Positions 1 through 11,053 are shown, counted from the stretch's first letter. The stretch is DNA of 64,000 nt from a virus (IMGVR_UViG_3300025389_001023:1-64000), one strand, 5' to 3'. Translations and numbers: made by a program. The notes: generated by a model not told the origin, from the letters alone.

Positions 1-1970
1 ATCCAATCACCACCGTTAACTCTAACCCATGTTGTTTGTCCCAATCCATTAGAGTTATCAATAGCAATATCAACTACATCACCTGTTGTGAATGTTGGAT
101 AACCTGAATAGGCTGACCCGCCGTTTGAATAAAAACCACCATCATTATAGAATGCACAGCTATCTGTAGTGCCGCCCACATAACTTTGTAATTCAGCACC
201 ACTACCACCAAATCCAATGCATTGACTGCCTGAACTAGCAGATGTATCTACAGTTAAACTGAACATTACTTTTTGACCAAATGTAATATCGTATGTACCA
301 GTAGCAATACCAGGATAACTGCTATTGTTTGCTGTTGCTTCAACTGATAAGTTGTTGTTAGATAGACTTAATATAATATTTGCTTCACCAGTACCATAGT
401 TACCACCGCCATCGTATACATAAGTTTGTGTAGGATCAAATGCCACAACAGCATCATTGGTACCATAACCACCTGCACCAGCACCACCGATTGGCCAAGA
501 ACTTAGTGAATCAACTACGCCACCCTTACCCCCACTGTCACCCCATAATGGTTTAGCACGTGGTCCAGGAGTACCGTTGTTGTTAGTATAATATTGGCTA
601 TTATTTATTTCAAGCGCACCTTGAGCACCGACAATAGTTTGACCCAAGAAATTATAAACGTTACCACTGACTGAATCTAGACTAGGAGAAATAGTCAATA
701 CAACGTTTGCTGTATCAGTACTATCTACTGCTAAGACCATACCGTATACATTGCCTTCAATTAATGCTCTATTGGGATAATAATTGTTTAAGTCAATACT
801 AGTAAACAACCAACCTGGGGCAACATTGCCCAATAACGCATTATTATTACCAGTAGTACAATCAAATGTAATGAATGGAGCGCCACTATAGCCAGCATTT
901 GTATTCATGTTTACATTAAAATGAGACCACTGAGAATAAACATAACTGTCACCACCTGGAGGGCTGTAACCAGCATAAGTGCCACCGCCTCCGCCACCAA
1001 CTGCCACCATACTTACACTACTTACACCTTGTGGTACTTGGAATGTATATTGACCTGGTACTGAGAACAATTGACTATATGTTTGTCTAGGCATATCATT
1101 ATTTTGTTCGACTATTTGAATACCATATTGATTTCCATATCCACTAGTATAACTAGCAACTTCGCTAGGACTTAATGCATAGTTCCATGCTGTCATAACA
1201 CCAAGGTCACCGTTCAAATAATTTTGACCTTCTAGTGTACCCCAATATAATGATTCATTGCCACTGATAGGCATAACACCTGTTGAAACACCACTACCGC
1301 TGATTGCTTGTCCGTTAACATACAGTCTCATTGTTTGACTACCAGAATCATATGTAAGTGCTATAGCATACCATGTATTGAGTTGATATTGTGTTTCAAA
1401 ATCAGCAACTGCTGGATAGGTGTTGGTATTGTTTGCACATAACACTGGATAAGGATTTCCAAGGAGTCCCGGTGGAACAAATTGCAAATACATGTTATCG
1501 CCACCTACTACACCGCCACCGCTAAATGAACCGCCGGAACCAGTAAAACCTTTCAGTCTTACAACAGCAAAAATTGAGTAACTACTGCCAGATGGAATGT
1601 CATAACCATTGACATAGGTGCTATCAACATATTGATCAGCGGTACTGCTATCAAAACTTAGATAACTCATTGGGCCGTGAGTAATAAAAGCATTACCGCA
1701 GCCACTATTGCCACCATTACCATTAAAATATTGTCCAATATTACCAACAGCGCCATTTGCATAATCTGCTGAAATATCAAACATAAAATTAGTACCAGTT
1801 GTACCACCAGCTGGTCCAAGAAAGCCATTACGACTTAAATCAAGTCCTTGGCCGTTATAACTTGCGCTGTTGCCCATTGCATACTCAAAAATTATGTTTC
1901 CAGCTGGGGCCGTATTGCCTGTGCCCATTGTTGCGCCTGATCCTATTACTACGCCTGATCCTATAATCAT
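1..1970 (-). CDS. Virion/tail protein with LamG (ConA-like), Gly-rich and SPRY-like domains (runs off the left edge)
   Basis: Not in the ORF track. ATG at 1970 reads MIIGSGVVIGSGATMG..., with LamG-type WYAIALTYDSGSQTMRLYVNG, MVAVGGGGG and SPRY-like DVVDIAID..TWVRVNG. TATAAATA lies upstream. Confidence 0.75.
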   Translation of the reverse strand, partial: MIIGSGVVIGSGATMGTGNTAPAGNIIFEYAMGNSASYNGQGLDLSRNGFLGPAGGTTGTNFMFDISADYANGAVGNIGQYFNGNGGNSGCGNAFITHGPMSYLSFDSSTADQYVDSTYVNGYDIPSGSSYSIFAVVRLKGFTGSGGSFSGGGVVGGDNMYLQFVPPGLLGNPYPVLCANNTNTYPAVADFETQYQLNTWYAIALTYDSGSQTMRLYVNGQAISGSGVSTGVMPISGNESLYWGTLEGQNYLNGDLGVMTAWNYALSPSEVASYTSGYGNQYGIQIVEQNNDMPRQTYSQLFSVPGQYTFQVPQGVSSVSMVAVGGGGGGTYAGYSPPGGDSYVYSQWSHFNVNMNTNAGYSGAPFITFDCTTGNNNALLGNVAPGWLFTSIDLNNYYPNRALIEGNVYGMVLAVDSTDTANVVLTISPSLDSVSGNVYNFLGQTIVGAQGALEINNSQYYTNNNGTPGPRAKPLWGDSGGKGGVVDSLSSWPIGGAGAGGYGTNDAVVAFDPTQTYVYDGGGNYGTGEANIILSLSNNNLSVEATANNSSYPGIATGTYDITFGQKVMFSLTVDTSASSGSQCIGFGGSGAELQSYVGGTTDSCAFYNDGGFYSNGGSAYSGYPTFTTGDVVDIAIDNSNGLGQTTWVRVNGGDW

Positions 1971-1991
1971 GTTAATTATCCTTTAATCTGT

Positions 1992-1999
1992 TATTTATA
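1992..1999 (-). promoter_or_regulatory. T4-type late promoter TATAAATA
   Basis: Exact T4 late consensus 22 nt upstream of a structural gene. Confidence 0.65.
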
Positions 2000-2016
2000 C
2001 TTACTTACCGCTACTA

Positions 2017-2733
2017 TTACAATAAACCATATCGTGTTCTTACTGAATTATGCGCTTGTAACATTTGTTGAGAAGTTAACACGGAGCCATATATACATGC
2101 AACTGATATAGGTCCTGACCAATAATTATCAGCGGCACCTACATTTTCTGTAGTATTTGATAGATATTGATAGAATGTACCGGTTGATGTGCCAACCGGT
2201 TGTCCGTTGAAGTAATAAATCATTGTGCCACCGGTAGTCATTGTGACTCCGCAAGTAAACCAATTACCAAATGTATAAGTTAAATTGTTACTGATGCCAC
2301 CGCTACCGCCGGCGGGGCCATTTGCAAAGTGTAATTGATATGAACTACTATTATAATACATATACAAGTTGAAATTTCTATTACCATTGTTACTTCCAAA
2401 CAAACAGCGATATGTATAATTAGCCATTGCTCCGGTCAACTTACCTGCCATGAACATACTTTTGCCAGTGTATGTTACATTGTATTTTGAACTAGTTGTA
2501 TAAAAATATCCTGGATCAGTAAAGTTAAAATAACCACCGTTTCCACTGTTGTATACTGCGTTCGATGATCCTGTGGTATTATTGTTGTTACCGCTTATGT
2601 CATACCATGTTGTCCCGCTACCTGGATAACTGCTGGTGTTACCGGCATCAAGATACAACAACATATTATTTGATGTTGGTATACCTGCATCGATTACAGT
2701 TCCACCGTTTAATGTTATGCCTTGAACTATCAT
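2017..2733 (-). CDS. LamG/concanavalin A-like virion protein
   Basis: LYLDAGNTSSYPGSGTTWYDISGNNN and YYFNGQPV motifs typical of phage LamG proteins. Confidence 0.8.
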   Translation of the reverse strand: MIVQGITLNGGTVIDAGIPTSNNMLLYLDAGNTSSYPGSGTTWYDISGNNNNTTGSSNAVYNSGNGGYFNFTDPGYFYTTSSKYNVTYTGKSMFMAGKLTGAMANYTYRCLFGSNNGNRNFNLYMYYNSSSYQLHFANGPAGGSGGISNNLTYTFGNWFTCGVTMTTGGTMIYYFNGQPVGTSTGTFYQYLSNTTENVGAADNYWSGPISVACIYGSVLTSQQMLQAHNSVRTRYGLL

Positions 2734-2735
2734 GA

Positions 2736-5700
2736 TTATCCTAAGTACACAACTGACCAGTTGTCATTGCTATCAAAAATAAGTGAACCAACAGCTATTT
2801 TAAGTGTAAGTGTGTCCCCTGCCGCAAGTTTTGAAACTGTACTTACACCAAAGTGATTAATACTAGGGTTGGCACCTGATTCCCACATAATTTGATTTAC
2901 ATTACCTGAACCATAGTTTTTGATAACGATTGCCTGTGCGCTTGGTGAAGTATTATTTGCCACACGACAAACAAGATTTAATTGATATAATCCAGCAACG
3001 GGAGCAGTAAACACCCCTGTACTTGAATTTAAGTATCCGCCTTGATTATAATCAACAGTCCAATTGTTAGCATTTAATATACCGTTGGTATTGGTTGTAG
3101 TACTCCAGATTGTTGAACTACTGCCGTATACTCTAAATGCCGGACGATTAGGAGTAATGACACCTGCAGAACCGCTAGCGGTTATATTACCGCTGACATT
3201 CAACGTATTACCAAAAACAGCAGGTGTCGTGCTTGTGACAATAAGTTGACCTGTACCATCAGGATTAATTGTGATGTTACCGTTTGAACCAGCGACACTA
3301 CCTAATGTAGTGTTAGCAGAGAATACTAAATCTCCGTTTACAGGTAACGTAAAATTACCAGTGTTGTCAAACACATAGTTATAACTACCAGCGACTAATG
3401 TTACGTTTGGAGTTGTACCTGTTACATTGCCAACTAAACTTACATTAACACCTGTTAACTGACTACCGTTACCTATAAAGTAGTTAGCACTAATATTAGC
3501 ACTTACATTGGCATTACCTACAATATTAACATTACCTGTACCATCTGGATCAATATTGATGTTAGCGTTACTACCGTTTGTAGAACTAATATTTTTACCA
3601 GCAGCCATTACAATATTGCCGCCTGGTGTTATGTTACCATATGTTCCAATACCAGCGGCTGTAACAGCCAATGCCTGTACAGGAACACCGCTGACATTAT
3701 TATAGATTACAGTTGAAGCACTACTATAAATTCTTGTGGTTGATGTTGGTCCTGCGTTAGATGCTATTGTTAATGTTCCACCAGAAGTTGGATTGATGAT
3801 ATTAGCGTAAGCACCGTTTGCAACAATGTTGCCATTAATAACTACTGCACCGGTACCATCTGGGTCAATATTTATGTTAGCGTTACTGCCTGAAACTGAT
3901 GTAATAACTGATGAACTTGCTAACATTAAATTACCACCAATGTTAGCATTGCCTGCTGTAATATTACCTGTTGTAGTAATAGTGTTGCTACCATAACTCG
4001 CTAACAATGTTACAACATTACTGTCACTATAATTACCACTGATTGATACTTGTGTGCCATTAGCATAGTTTATAGCAAACGTGTTACCTGGTAATGTTAG
4101 ATTACCAGTATTATCAAAAATCCAAGAGTATAATGGGTCTATGCCAGTGTTTGTATGAATAGCTACATTAGTAAGACCTTGAATGGTTGTATGAGAGTTT
4201 GCAAACATCTCAATACCATTGTGGTTTAGATCCTCAGCGTATAAGCCTACGAAATCTTGATATGTATACATACCGCCGCCATTACCGGTGCCCTTCAACA
4301 ATCCAAAACCATATGTAGAATCAACTCCGAATTCCCATTGACCACTATTACCATTGCCATTATTACTGTTGACAATGATGTTACCTGTATTTGCTAACTT
4401 AACATATAAATCATCACTACCAAAATATAACTCAGTATCATACAAGTTACCTGATGTCAAATGTAAATGATTGTTGTCACCACCGGCAGTTGGATAAATT
4501 AATAATTGTTGATTAGCATATAAACCACCTGATGGCGTAAGTGAAATTGTGTTACCTGATAAACCATCAACCGGTATATTTGTCTCACTAATAACGCCGT
4601 TACGTGGTAGAGTTAAATTACCCGCCATGTCAAATTTGAATTCAGGACCCATAGCAAAGTTAATAGTAACATTGCTTGTATTAAGATTAACACCAGAACC
4701 AGGTGCAGTATTTCCTGAACCTAATCCTAATGTGGTATTGTTACCTAATATTACTCCTGGAGTTGTTAAAACACCATCGCTACTAAATATCCATTTATTT
4801 TCTGTACCAGCTTTATTAGAATGAATTACAACATTAGTGCCGGCACTTAAATCAGTATTACTATCTGTGATGGAGAATCTATCATTGCCATCTTGTTTAA
4901 CATAGAAGTTGCTATTAGCACTCAATGTCATGTTTAGCCCGCCGTCTACTTTAATGACACCGTTAATATCTGTCCCGTTACTACTGAATGTAATACTTCC
5001 ATTATCACTAGCCGGTACAGTTAGTACGTTGGATGTTACAACACGACCATCACCATAAATACTAATACCGTGTAAATCATCTGGTCCAATAGATACTGCG
5101 ACTACATTAGCATTGCCCGAATAATAGCCGTTATAAATTTGTAGTGCTTCACTAGTTGGGCCGTTGATACTGCCAGGAACATTGATGTATGCTGGGCTTG
5201 CACCACCATATGTTGGATTAATAACAATGTCACTACCATCACTAACACTTATTGTACTGGTGTTACTAGTTGGATTAGGGAACACAAAGTTGGCAATATA
5301 ACCACCTAATTGTGCTTGTGCTCCATTAGCATAGTTAATTGAGAATGTATTACCGGGTAATGTTAAGTTACCATACCCATCAAATGTCCAAATACCGCCG
5401 GGTAGTTCGTATGCGCCTGTATAAATTACTACGTTACAATCAGAAGTACCTACAGAGATAGTTGAGGGGAAACTAGAACTTTGTATATTACCACCTGTTA
5501 TTAAGTCGCCGCTGTTATTAAAAGTCCATGAACCAATTATTGTATTTCCGGTACTAATAGTAGTGTTACCACTTGCTATGTTAATACCACCATCTGTTAG
5601 TGAACCCATGAATGCGTTTGCACCATAGACTTCTAATATGTATGCACCTGGATTGGCTACAAAGTTTGCACCAGTGATTGCAACATTGCCGCCGTCAAAA

Positions 5701-6362
5701 GTAAAAGAATCGCTACCTGCAAATGAACCATTATGATTAAATTGAATCTCTGTAGTATTACCACCGGGTGAGGCATTGCCACCTGATACTGTCGCCCAAC
5801 TTAATTGAGCACCGTTAGTAGTTAAATACTTGTTACTATTACCGGATACCGCTGGGAATTCAGGGCCAGTATAAGCACTATGTTGAACACTTCCACCAGG
5901 GAATGTAATTTCTCCACCTACACCAAATGTCCATACTGAATCAGAGTCGCTAATACTAACAACAAAATTACCACCAACTCCGTCTATATATGCTAATGAC
6001 GGTCCCTGTTGAATAGTATTTGAAGTACCACCTGACTGTGCTACCCAGCTTAAGTTACCTGCACCATCTGTACTTAGTACTTGGTCTGCTGAACCACCCG
6101 AAATCTTTAATGTGTTAACATTTAATGTACCAACACTTGTGATGTTAGGTTGTGCGGCATTTGTAACTGAGTATGCTAGATTAGATAAAAATGCGGGAGC
6201 AAAAGTAGTTCCGGCGCCTGTAAGTACAAAATTACCAAGATTACCTACATTTGTTTGGTCCGTTGTTGGGGTACCCATCATGTTAACTACTGGCACTAAT
6301 GTGTTTGCGTCTAAACTATTACCAATATCAGCTAATTGTGTTATTTTTATTTGTGATGTCAT
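2736..6362 (-). CDS. Long tail fibre/adhesin-like protein with C-terminal C1q-like domain
   Basis: 1208 aa, G/N/S/T-rich with internal repeats; C-terminal RPAFRV...GVFTAPVAGLYQ...LAAGDTL is C1q/TNF-like. Confidence 0.8.
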   Translation of the reverse strand: MTSQIKITQLADIGNSLDANTLVPVVNMMGTPTTDQTNVGNLGNFVLTGAGTTFAPAFLSNLAYSVTNAAQPNITSVGTLNVNTLKISGGSADQVLSTDGAGNLSWVAQSGGTSNTIQQGPSLAYIDGVGGNFVVSISDSDSVWTFGVGGEITFPGGSVQHSAYTGPEFPAVSGNSNKYLTTNGAQLSWATVSGGNASPGGNTTEIQFNHNGSFAGSDSFTFDGGNVAITGANFVANPGAYILEVYGANAFMGSLTDGGINIASGNTTISTGNTIIGSWTFNNSGDLITGGNIQSSSFPSTISVGTSDCNVVIYTGAYELPGGIWTFDGYGNLTLPGNTFSINYANGAQAQLGGYIANFVFPNPTSNTSTISVSDGSDIVINPTYGGASPAYINVPGSINGPTSEALQIYNGYYSGNANVVAVSIGPDDLHGISIYGDGRVVTSNVLTVPASDNGSITFSSNGTDINGVIKVDGGLNMTLSANSNFYVKQDGNDRFSITDSNTDLSAGTNVVIHSNKAGTENKWIFSSDGVLTTPGVILGNNTTLGLGSGNTAPGSGVNLNTSNVTINFAMGPEFKFDMAGNLTLPRNGVISETNIPVDGLSGNTISLTPSGGLYANQQLLIYPTAGGDNNHLHLTSGNLYDTELYFGSDDLYVKLANTGNIIVNSNNGNGNSGQWEFGVDSTYGFGLLKGTGNGGGMYTYQDFVGLYAEDLNHNGIEMFANSHTTIQGLTNVAIHTNTGIDPLYSWIFDNTGNLTLPGNTFAINYANGTQVSISGNYSDSNVVTLLASYGSNTITTTGNITAGNANIGGNLMLASSSVITSVSGSNANINIDPDGTGAVVINGNIVANGAYANIINPTSGGTLTIASNAGPTSTTRIYSSASTVIYNNVSGVPVQALAVTAAGIGTYGNITPGGNIVMAAGKNISSTNGSNANINIDPDGTGNVNIVGNANVSANISANYFIGNGSQLTGVNVSLVGNVTGTTPNVTLVAGSYNYVFDNTGNFTLPVNGDLVFSANTTLGSVAGSNGNITINPDGTGQLIVTSTTPAVFGNTLNVSGNITASGSAGVITPNRPAFRVYGSSSTIWSTTTNTNGILNANNWTVDYNQGGYLNSSTGVFTAPVAGLYQLNLVCRVANNTSPSAQAIVIKNYGSGNVNQIMWESGANPSINHFGVSTVSKLAAGDTLTLKIAVGSLIFDSNDNWSVVYLG

Positions 6363-6372
6363 AATTTAATCC

Positions 6373-7482
6373 TTAACCAAAGGTTACTCCGTTTTGTCCT
6401 ATGCAGAACCATTTGTTGTTTATATATTGTAAGGTGCACCCTGAACCTAAACTACCTATTGTTATTGTTCCTGTACCGCTACTTTTCCATCCTGCATTAG
6501 TAACAGTAATAACCATATCACCACCGTTACTTAGTGAACTCATCATGAATGTTTTAATTAATCCAGTTGTACCTGCGGCTAATGTTGCTGTACTTGCACC
6601 GGTTACTGTTATATAACTTGCAGTAACTGCTAAGTTTACAGCACCGCCGTTAACTAAATTTTCACTACTGCTTAATGTTAAAGTACCTGATACTTGCAAG
6701 TTAGCTGGCAATTCAACTTCTAATGTTCCTGCAGTCGTAACAGCACCGCTGGATACCACCAATGATGTACTTGTTAGTCCAACGCTAGTTACAGTACCAC
6801 CAACTTGCGTAGCACTAATTGTAATGCTACCATTGCTACCACTTAGTCCAATGCCTGAACCTGCTTTTAAACTTGTGACACCTGTGTTAATTACTGTGAT
6901 GTTACCTGCAGTTGTGATTGGACCGCCTGAAATTTGTATACCTGTACCGCTAGTGATTAATCCAACACTTGTTACTGTACCAATACTATTTGCGTTTGCT
7001 ATGTTTGTTATGCGACCATATTGGTCAACACTTAGTGTAGGGTAAATATAATTACCTGCAACTACACCTGAGTTTGCTAAATCAATTGAAATATTACCGT
7101 TACTTACAATTGGACTGTTTGTTACTGTTAATCGGTCTGCTGAAACAGGAGTAACACCAACACTTGTTACTGTTCCGCCTGAACCACCGTTACCACCACC
7201 ATTAGATGAAATAGTGACGTTTCCGTTACTCTGGTCAATAACAATATTTGTACCAGCAATAATATTGGTAACACCGGTGTTTGTGATTGTAATCGTTCCG
7301 GTGTTTGCGTCAGCTTCAGTTGTTATACCTGAATTTCCTACAAAATTATTGTATGGGCTGGCGCAACCAAATAATGTCGTAAAATTTGTTTGTGTTTTTG
7401 TAAATGCTGAGTATAAAGAATCGCTACCTGTGGATTCGTTAGGTAAGCCTATCTGTATAACTTGAATGTTTCCAATTGCCAT
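6373..7482 (-). CDS. Tail fibre/baseplate-associated structural protein
   Basis: N-terminal IGLPNESTGSDSLYSAFTK (T4 baseplate/fibre-like), GTVTSVG repeats, SVDQYGRIT. Confidence 0.75.
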   Translation of the reverse strand: MAIGNIQVIQIGLPNESTGSDSLYSAFTKTQTNFTTLFGCASPYNNFVGNSGITTEADANTGTITITNTGVTNIIAGTNIVIDQSNGNVTISSNGGGNGGSGGTVTSVGVTPVSADRLTVTNSPIVSNGNISIDLANSGVVAGNYIYPTLSVDQYGRITNIANANSIGTVTSVGLITSGTGIQISGGPITTAGNITVINTGVTSLKAGSGIGLSGSNGSITISATQVGGTVTSVGLTSTSLVVSSGAVTTAGTLEVELPANLQVSGTLTLSSSENLVNGGAVNLAVTASYITVTGASTATLAAGTTGLIKTFMMSSLSNGGDMVITVTNAGWKSSGTGTITIGSLGSGCTLQYINNKWFCIGQNGVTFG

Positions 7483-7500
7483 TTTTTCGTCCTTATAGTG

Positions 7501-7508
7501 TATTTATC
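7501..7508 (-). promoter_or_regulatory. Late promoter GATAAATA
   Basis: T4-late-like motif upstream of the tail gene operon. Confidence 0.6.
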
Positions 7509-7528
7509 AATAAGGACGAAATAAATAG

Positions 7529-7855
7529 TTATCCTGGACTAAAACTACTGCCGCAACCGCATGTTGTCTGTGCGTTTGGGTTCTTGATGCTAAAACGTGA
7601 GCCTTGTAAATCATCAACAAAATCAATCGTAGCATTTTCTACATATTGCATACTCATGCTATCAACTAATACAGTTGAATTTCCTGCAGGAATTTCCCAA
7701 TCATCCTCATTTTTAACTTCATCCATTGTAAAGCCATATTGCATTCCTGAACAACCCCCACCTTGTACAAACATACGTACTTTAATGTTTGGATTGTTTT
7801 CTTCTGCTAAAATATCAGCAATTTTAAGTGATGCGCTTTCTGTGATTGTAATCAT
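7529..7855 (-). CDS. erpA: Fe-S cluster insertion protein ErpA/IscA (A-type carrier)
   Basis: GGGCSGMQY and TTCGCGSSF motifs. Confidence 0.92.
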   Translation of the reverse strand: MITITESASLKIADILAEENNPNIKVRMFVQGGGCSGMQYGFTMDEVKNEDDWEIPAGNSTVLVDSMSMQYVENATIDFVDDLQGSRFSIKNPNAQTTCGCGSSFSPG

Positions 7856-8454
7856 TTTCTTCCTTCGTTTGTTCGTTCATATTCACTGGCATTACCATCT
7901 AAATCTACATGCCAAGCATAAAATTTAGTGTCAGGGAATTCTTTTTTAAGACTTAAAAATGCATTTAAATTTGGTAATGCATCATCGTACATGATTGCTT
8001 TATCATAGTTGTCTTTTTCTAATAACTGATGAATAATCAATTTTTTCTTGTGTTCTGTTGATATTTTACCTTTCATATTTCCTGCACGATAAACATGTAC
8101 TTTACTCATGTCTACCCCGTATTTACGAAAAGTATCTAAGAACAATTCTCTATCATTGAAATCAGCACGTGCTGTTACCATGACAACTTTATTTCCTGTA
8201 TTAATATCTTTCTTTAATAGATTTATCATAGGAATGATAGGCTTAGATTTTTCAAAGAACTCTCTAGCATCTTCAAAATCGCCAAAATCAAACTCTTCAC
8301 CCGGCTTTAACTTATAGTGTGTAAAATCATGACTGTTTAAACTGTGTGTAACTACGCCATCTTTAATCACATGCACTTTAGTTTGAGTGTGGACAAGTGT
8401 GTCATCTATATCAAAGATAACAAGTTTTTTAGGTTGTAGTTCACTGGCTCTCAT
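7852..8454 (-). CDS. HAD-superfamily phosphatase
   Basis: [11 protein letters not shown] and MYDDA HAD motifs. Confidence 0.8.
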   Translation of the reverse strand: MRASELQPKKLVIFDIDDTLVHTQTKVHVIKDGVVTHSLNSHDFTHYKLKPGEEFDFGDFEDAREFFEKSKPIIPMINLLKKDINTGNKVVMVTARADFNDRELFLDTFRKYGVDMSKVHVYRAGNMKGKISTEHKKKLIIHQLLEKDNYDKAIMYDDALPNLNAFLSLKKEFPDTKFYAWHVDLDGNASEYERTNEGRK

Positions 8455-8843
8455 AATAACTCTTTTTCACCTTCTGGTGTTATAAACCAAAACCCATCAC
8501 CGGGGGTAACAATATATCCTGCATTTTCTAAGCTGTCATATACATTTTGTTGTGCATCAGTTACACCACGTATATCTTGTTGAAAATCTAATCTATGACT
8601 GTTGGCAACTTCAATTGCTTTAAGCAATAATAATTTACCATATCCTTGACCTTGAAATCTGCTTTCAACTTCTACTTCATTATTGACATCATCTGTTTCT
8701 GGGTCACGAACAAAATTAAAATGCCCAACATATTTGCCGTGTACTGTTAATTTGATTTGAAAACTACTGGAAAAATTGTCAGGTGTATGCACATCAAACT
8801 TCAATGAGGGGGTGCCTTCAACAATAAATTCATTTGCTCTCAT
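8451..8843 (-). CDS. GNAT acetyltransferase
   Basis: VESRFQGQGYGKLL acetyl-CoA binding motif. Confidence 0.8.
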   Translation of the reverse strand: MRANEFIVEGTPSLKFDVHTPDNFSSSFQIKLTVHGKYVGHFNFVRDPETDDVNNEVEVESRFQGQGYGKLLLLKAIEVANSHRLDFQQDIRGVTDAQQNVYDSLENAGYIVTPGDGFWFITPEGEKELL

Positions 8844-8847
8844 ATTA

Positions 8848-9741
8848 CTAATTCACCGATTGATTTATTGCAAATTCTAATTCGGGATACTTGGCAATAA
8901 TTGCATTTTCTAAATTAGACATACTAGCACCAAATCTACTATGTAAATAACGCATATTTACACGATCATCATGTTCGTCCATAAATTGTGATTCTTCCAG
9001 GTTGTTAATTAAATAATCTTCTCCATATTCATGATATGCTTCTAGGTAAGCATCCTCACTAGTAATTAGTTTATTGCCCAAAGAATACACAAAGTGTAAT
9101 TGATATTTTTCTCCTACATGTTTAGGCTTAAGTGGAAGTACTATAAACAATGGAGCTAGATCGTTGTAGGAATCAAACATATTGTTACCTTTAGTGGCAG
9201 CGGTGCACCATTGTGTGCCTTGACCATAATAACAAGCAGCCGTTTGATCTTCTGGTACGATAACTCGTATACTATTGTCTTGATAAATTTCTGTAGCACG
9301 TCCTTTTTCTTTTTCAGTAGTTTCAGGATCAGGATATTGACCTACTGTATTCAAAAACTCCTTAAAAGTTCTATATCTATTGATGTCATTAGCCGGAGGC
9401 TTAATCATTTTCCTTCTATTAAGTTTATAAAACTTTTCTAAATAGTCTTGTACTGTACTGGCTACATCTTCAAACTTGGTGCCACGTCCTGTGTTCCATT
9501 CTCTGATATAAGTTCTGATTATCCATTCTGTATATTGATTATTTTCTGTGGGATCCGCACCGGCAAACATTCTTACGGCAAGAATTATAGTTCGCGGGTC
9601 GGGCTCATTCTTCATGTCCTTAATCCGACCCAATATGTTATATGTTGTACGATCTTTTTTTGCAGCCTGCAATAGTGCCGGACCTAACTTCTGCACAGTT
9701 ATGTCTTGATTGTATTCTATTAAAAATTCACTTGCCTTCAT
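8848..9741 (-). CDS. Phage protein, probable internal head protein
   Basis: Likely start MKASEFLIE (overlaps the SOD stop); AACYYGQGTQWCTAA motif. Confidence 0.6.
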   Translation of the reverse strand: MKASEFLIEYNQDITVQKLGPALLQAAKKDRTTYNILGRIKDMKNEPDPRTIILAVRMFAGADPTENNQYTEWIIRTYIREWNTGRGTKFEDVASTVQDYLEKFYKLNRRKMIKPPANDINRYRTFKEFLNTVGQYPDPETTEKEKGRATEIYQDNSIRVIVPEDQTAACYYGQGTQWCTAATKGNNMFDSYNDLAPLFIVLPLKPKHVGEKYQLHFVYSLGNKLITSEDAYLEAYHEYGEDYLINNLEESQFMDEHDDRVNMRYLHSRFGASMSNLENAIIAKYPELEFAINQSVN

Positions 9742-10292
9742 AGCGAACGACCCCACCTAGTATTAATTACATTCCAGTTTATGATTTTCCACTGTTCTTT
9801 TAAGTATTTCTTTTTGTCACTACCATAATCTAATATAAAAGCATGTTCCCACCAATCAATAAGCAATAGTATATCATCACGTACTTCATGGTTTTTAATT
9901 GTTTTTATAGTACCATCATATGCAAGATAGACCCAACCGCTACCCTGAATTTTCATAGCAGTTTCTTCAAACTCTTTACAAAACGATTCAAAGCTACCAA
10001 ACTTTTTATTGATAAATCCATACATAGGACCGTTTGGTTTATTATTGTTTCTTATTTCTCGAAATTGCGGGAAATAAACATTGTGTAAAAATGCACCAGC
10101 AAAGTTAAAGTCAGGGTCGCCCTCACCCTTGTTGTATCTTTCTGCATAGCCTTTGGCTAGTTTGTCATAGTGCAAATGTATTGTGTCTTTGCTTAATACA
10201 GGTGCTAAATCATTTTCCCCAAAGTTAAGTGGAATGATTTCTATGTCTTGTGGTTTAGACTTTTCTTCAAGTAATGTAATTATGTCACGCAT
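9738..10292 (-). CDS. sod: Fe/Mn superoxide dismutase
   Basis: LHYDK, AFLHN, QGSGW and DWWEHA; the four metal ligands appear retained. Confidence 0.9.
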   Translation of the reverse strand: MRDIITLLEEKSKPQDIEIIPLNFGENDLAPVLSKDTIHLHYDKLAKGYAERYNKGEGDPDFNFAGAFLHNVYFPQFREIRNNNKPNGPMYGFINKKFGSFESFCKEFEETAMKIQGSGWVYLAYDGTIKTIKNHEVRDDILLLIDWWEHAFILDYGSDKKKYLKEQWKIINWNVINTRWGRSL

Positions 10293-10311
10293 TAGTATAT
10301 TTATCGTGACG

Positions 10312-11052
10312 TTATATAAATGATCGCACCTTTTTTAGTATCTTATTTGCAGTTTGTCTGTGCGTAAGATTTCCCATATGCAAATCATCTCTGGCTCTGT
10401 CTATGTTATAAATCTGAATGGTTTCATCTTCCTGTGAATTTTTCTTTGCCATGTGAAAAGTTAATTCAATGATAGGTACATCTTTTATTGTGTTTTTTAT
10501 AACTTTTTTTGCAAATTCACATTTGCTATTGAAATAATCAATTTGATCTCCTAAAATTATAAAATCATTTATTTCTTTATTTTTAATCCAAGCCCCGTGA
10601 TTTTCTATATATTCTTCTTTAATAACGCTAAATCTGTTATTATTTGGATTTTGTAAAACAATAAATTTAGGTTTTTGTTGAATTTTATTATACCAAGTTA
10701 ATAAGTTGTACTGTAATATATCTATGCCTGTACCACCTAAGGCTAAATTATAGTAATCATAATTTATTTCTTTACTTAGTAGATATGAATATGTATCTTC
10801 TAGGTATAACCCAATACCCTCAGTATGGCTGCATCCTATAACAAGAAAATAATTATTTAAATTGATTTCTTCTATATTTTTACAACGATGTCCGTAGTTG
10901 TTTCGTTGATATGTTATTGGGTTATTTCTATAATACCAATCGATTGGTTTAGTTTTTAAATTTTTATTAAATAATTCTTCAGTATCGGAACCGCAAAAAT
11001 TTATGTTTGTTTCGTAGGGCGCCAATCCAATAAAATCATCAATGAATAACAT
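10312..11052 (-). CDS. SGNH/GDSL-like hypothetical protein
   Basis: GCSHTEG, YNLALGG and RDDLH motifs. Confidence 0.55.
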   Translation of the reverse strand: MLFIDDFIGLAPYETNINFCGSDTEELFNKNLKTKPIDWYYRNNPITYQRNNYGHRCKNIEEINLNNYFLVIGCSHTEGIGLYLEDTYSYLLSKEINYDYYNLALGGTGIDILQYNLLTWYNKIQQKPKFIVLQNPNNNRFSVIKEEYIENHGAWIKNKEINDFIILGDQIDYFNSKCEFAKKVIKNTIKDVPIIELTFHMAKKNSQEDETIQIYNIDRARDDLHMGNLTHRQTANKILKKVRSFI

Positions 11053-11053
11053 T

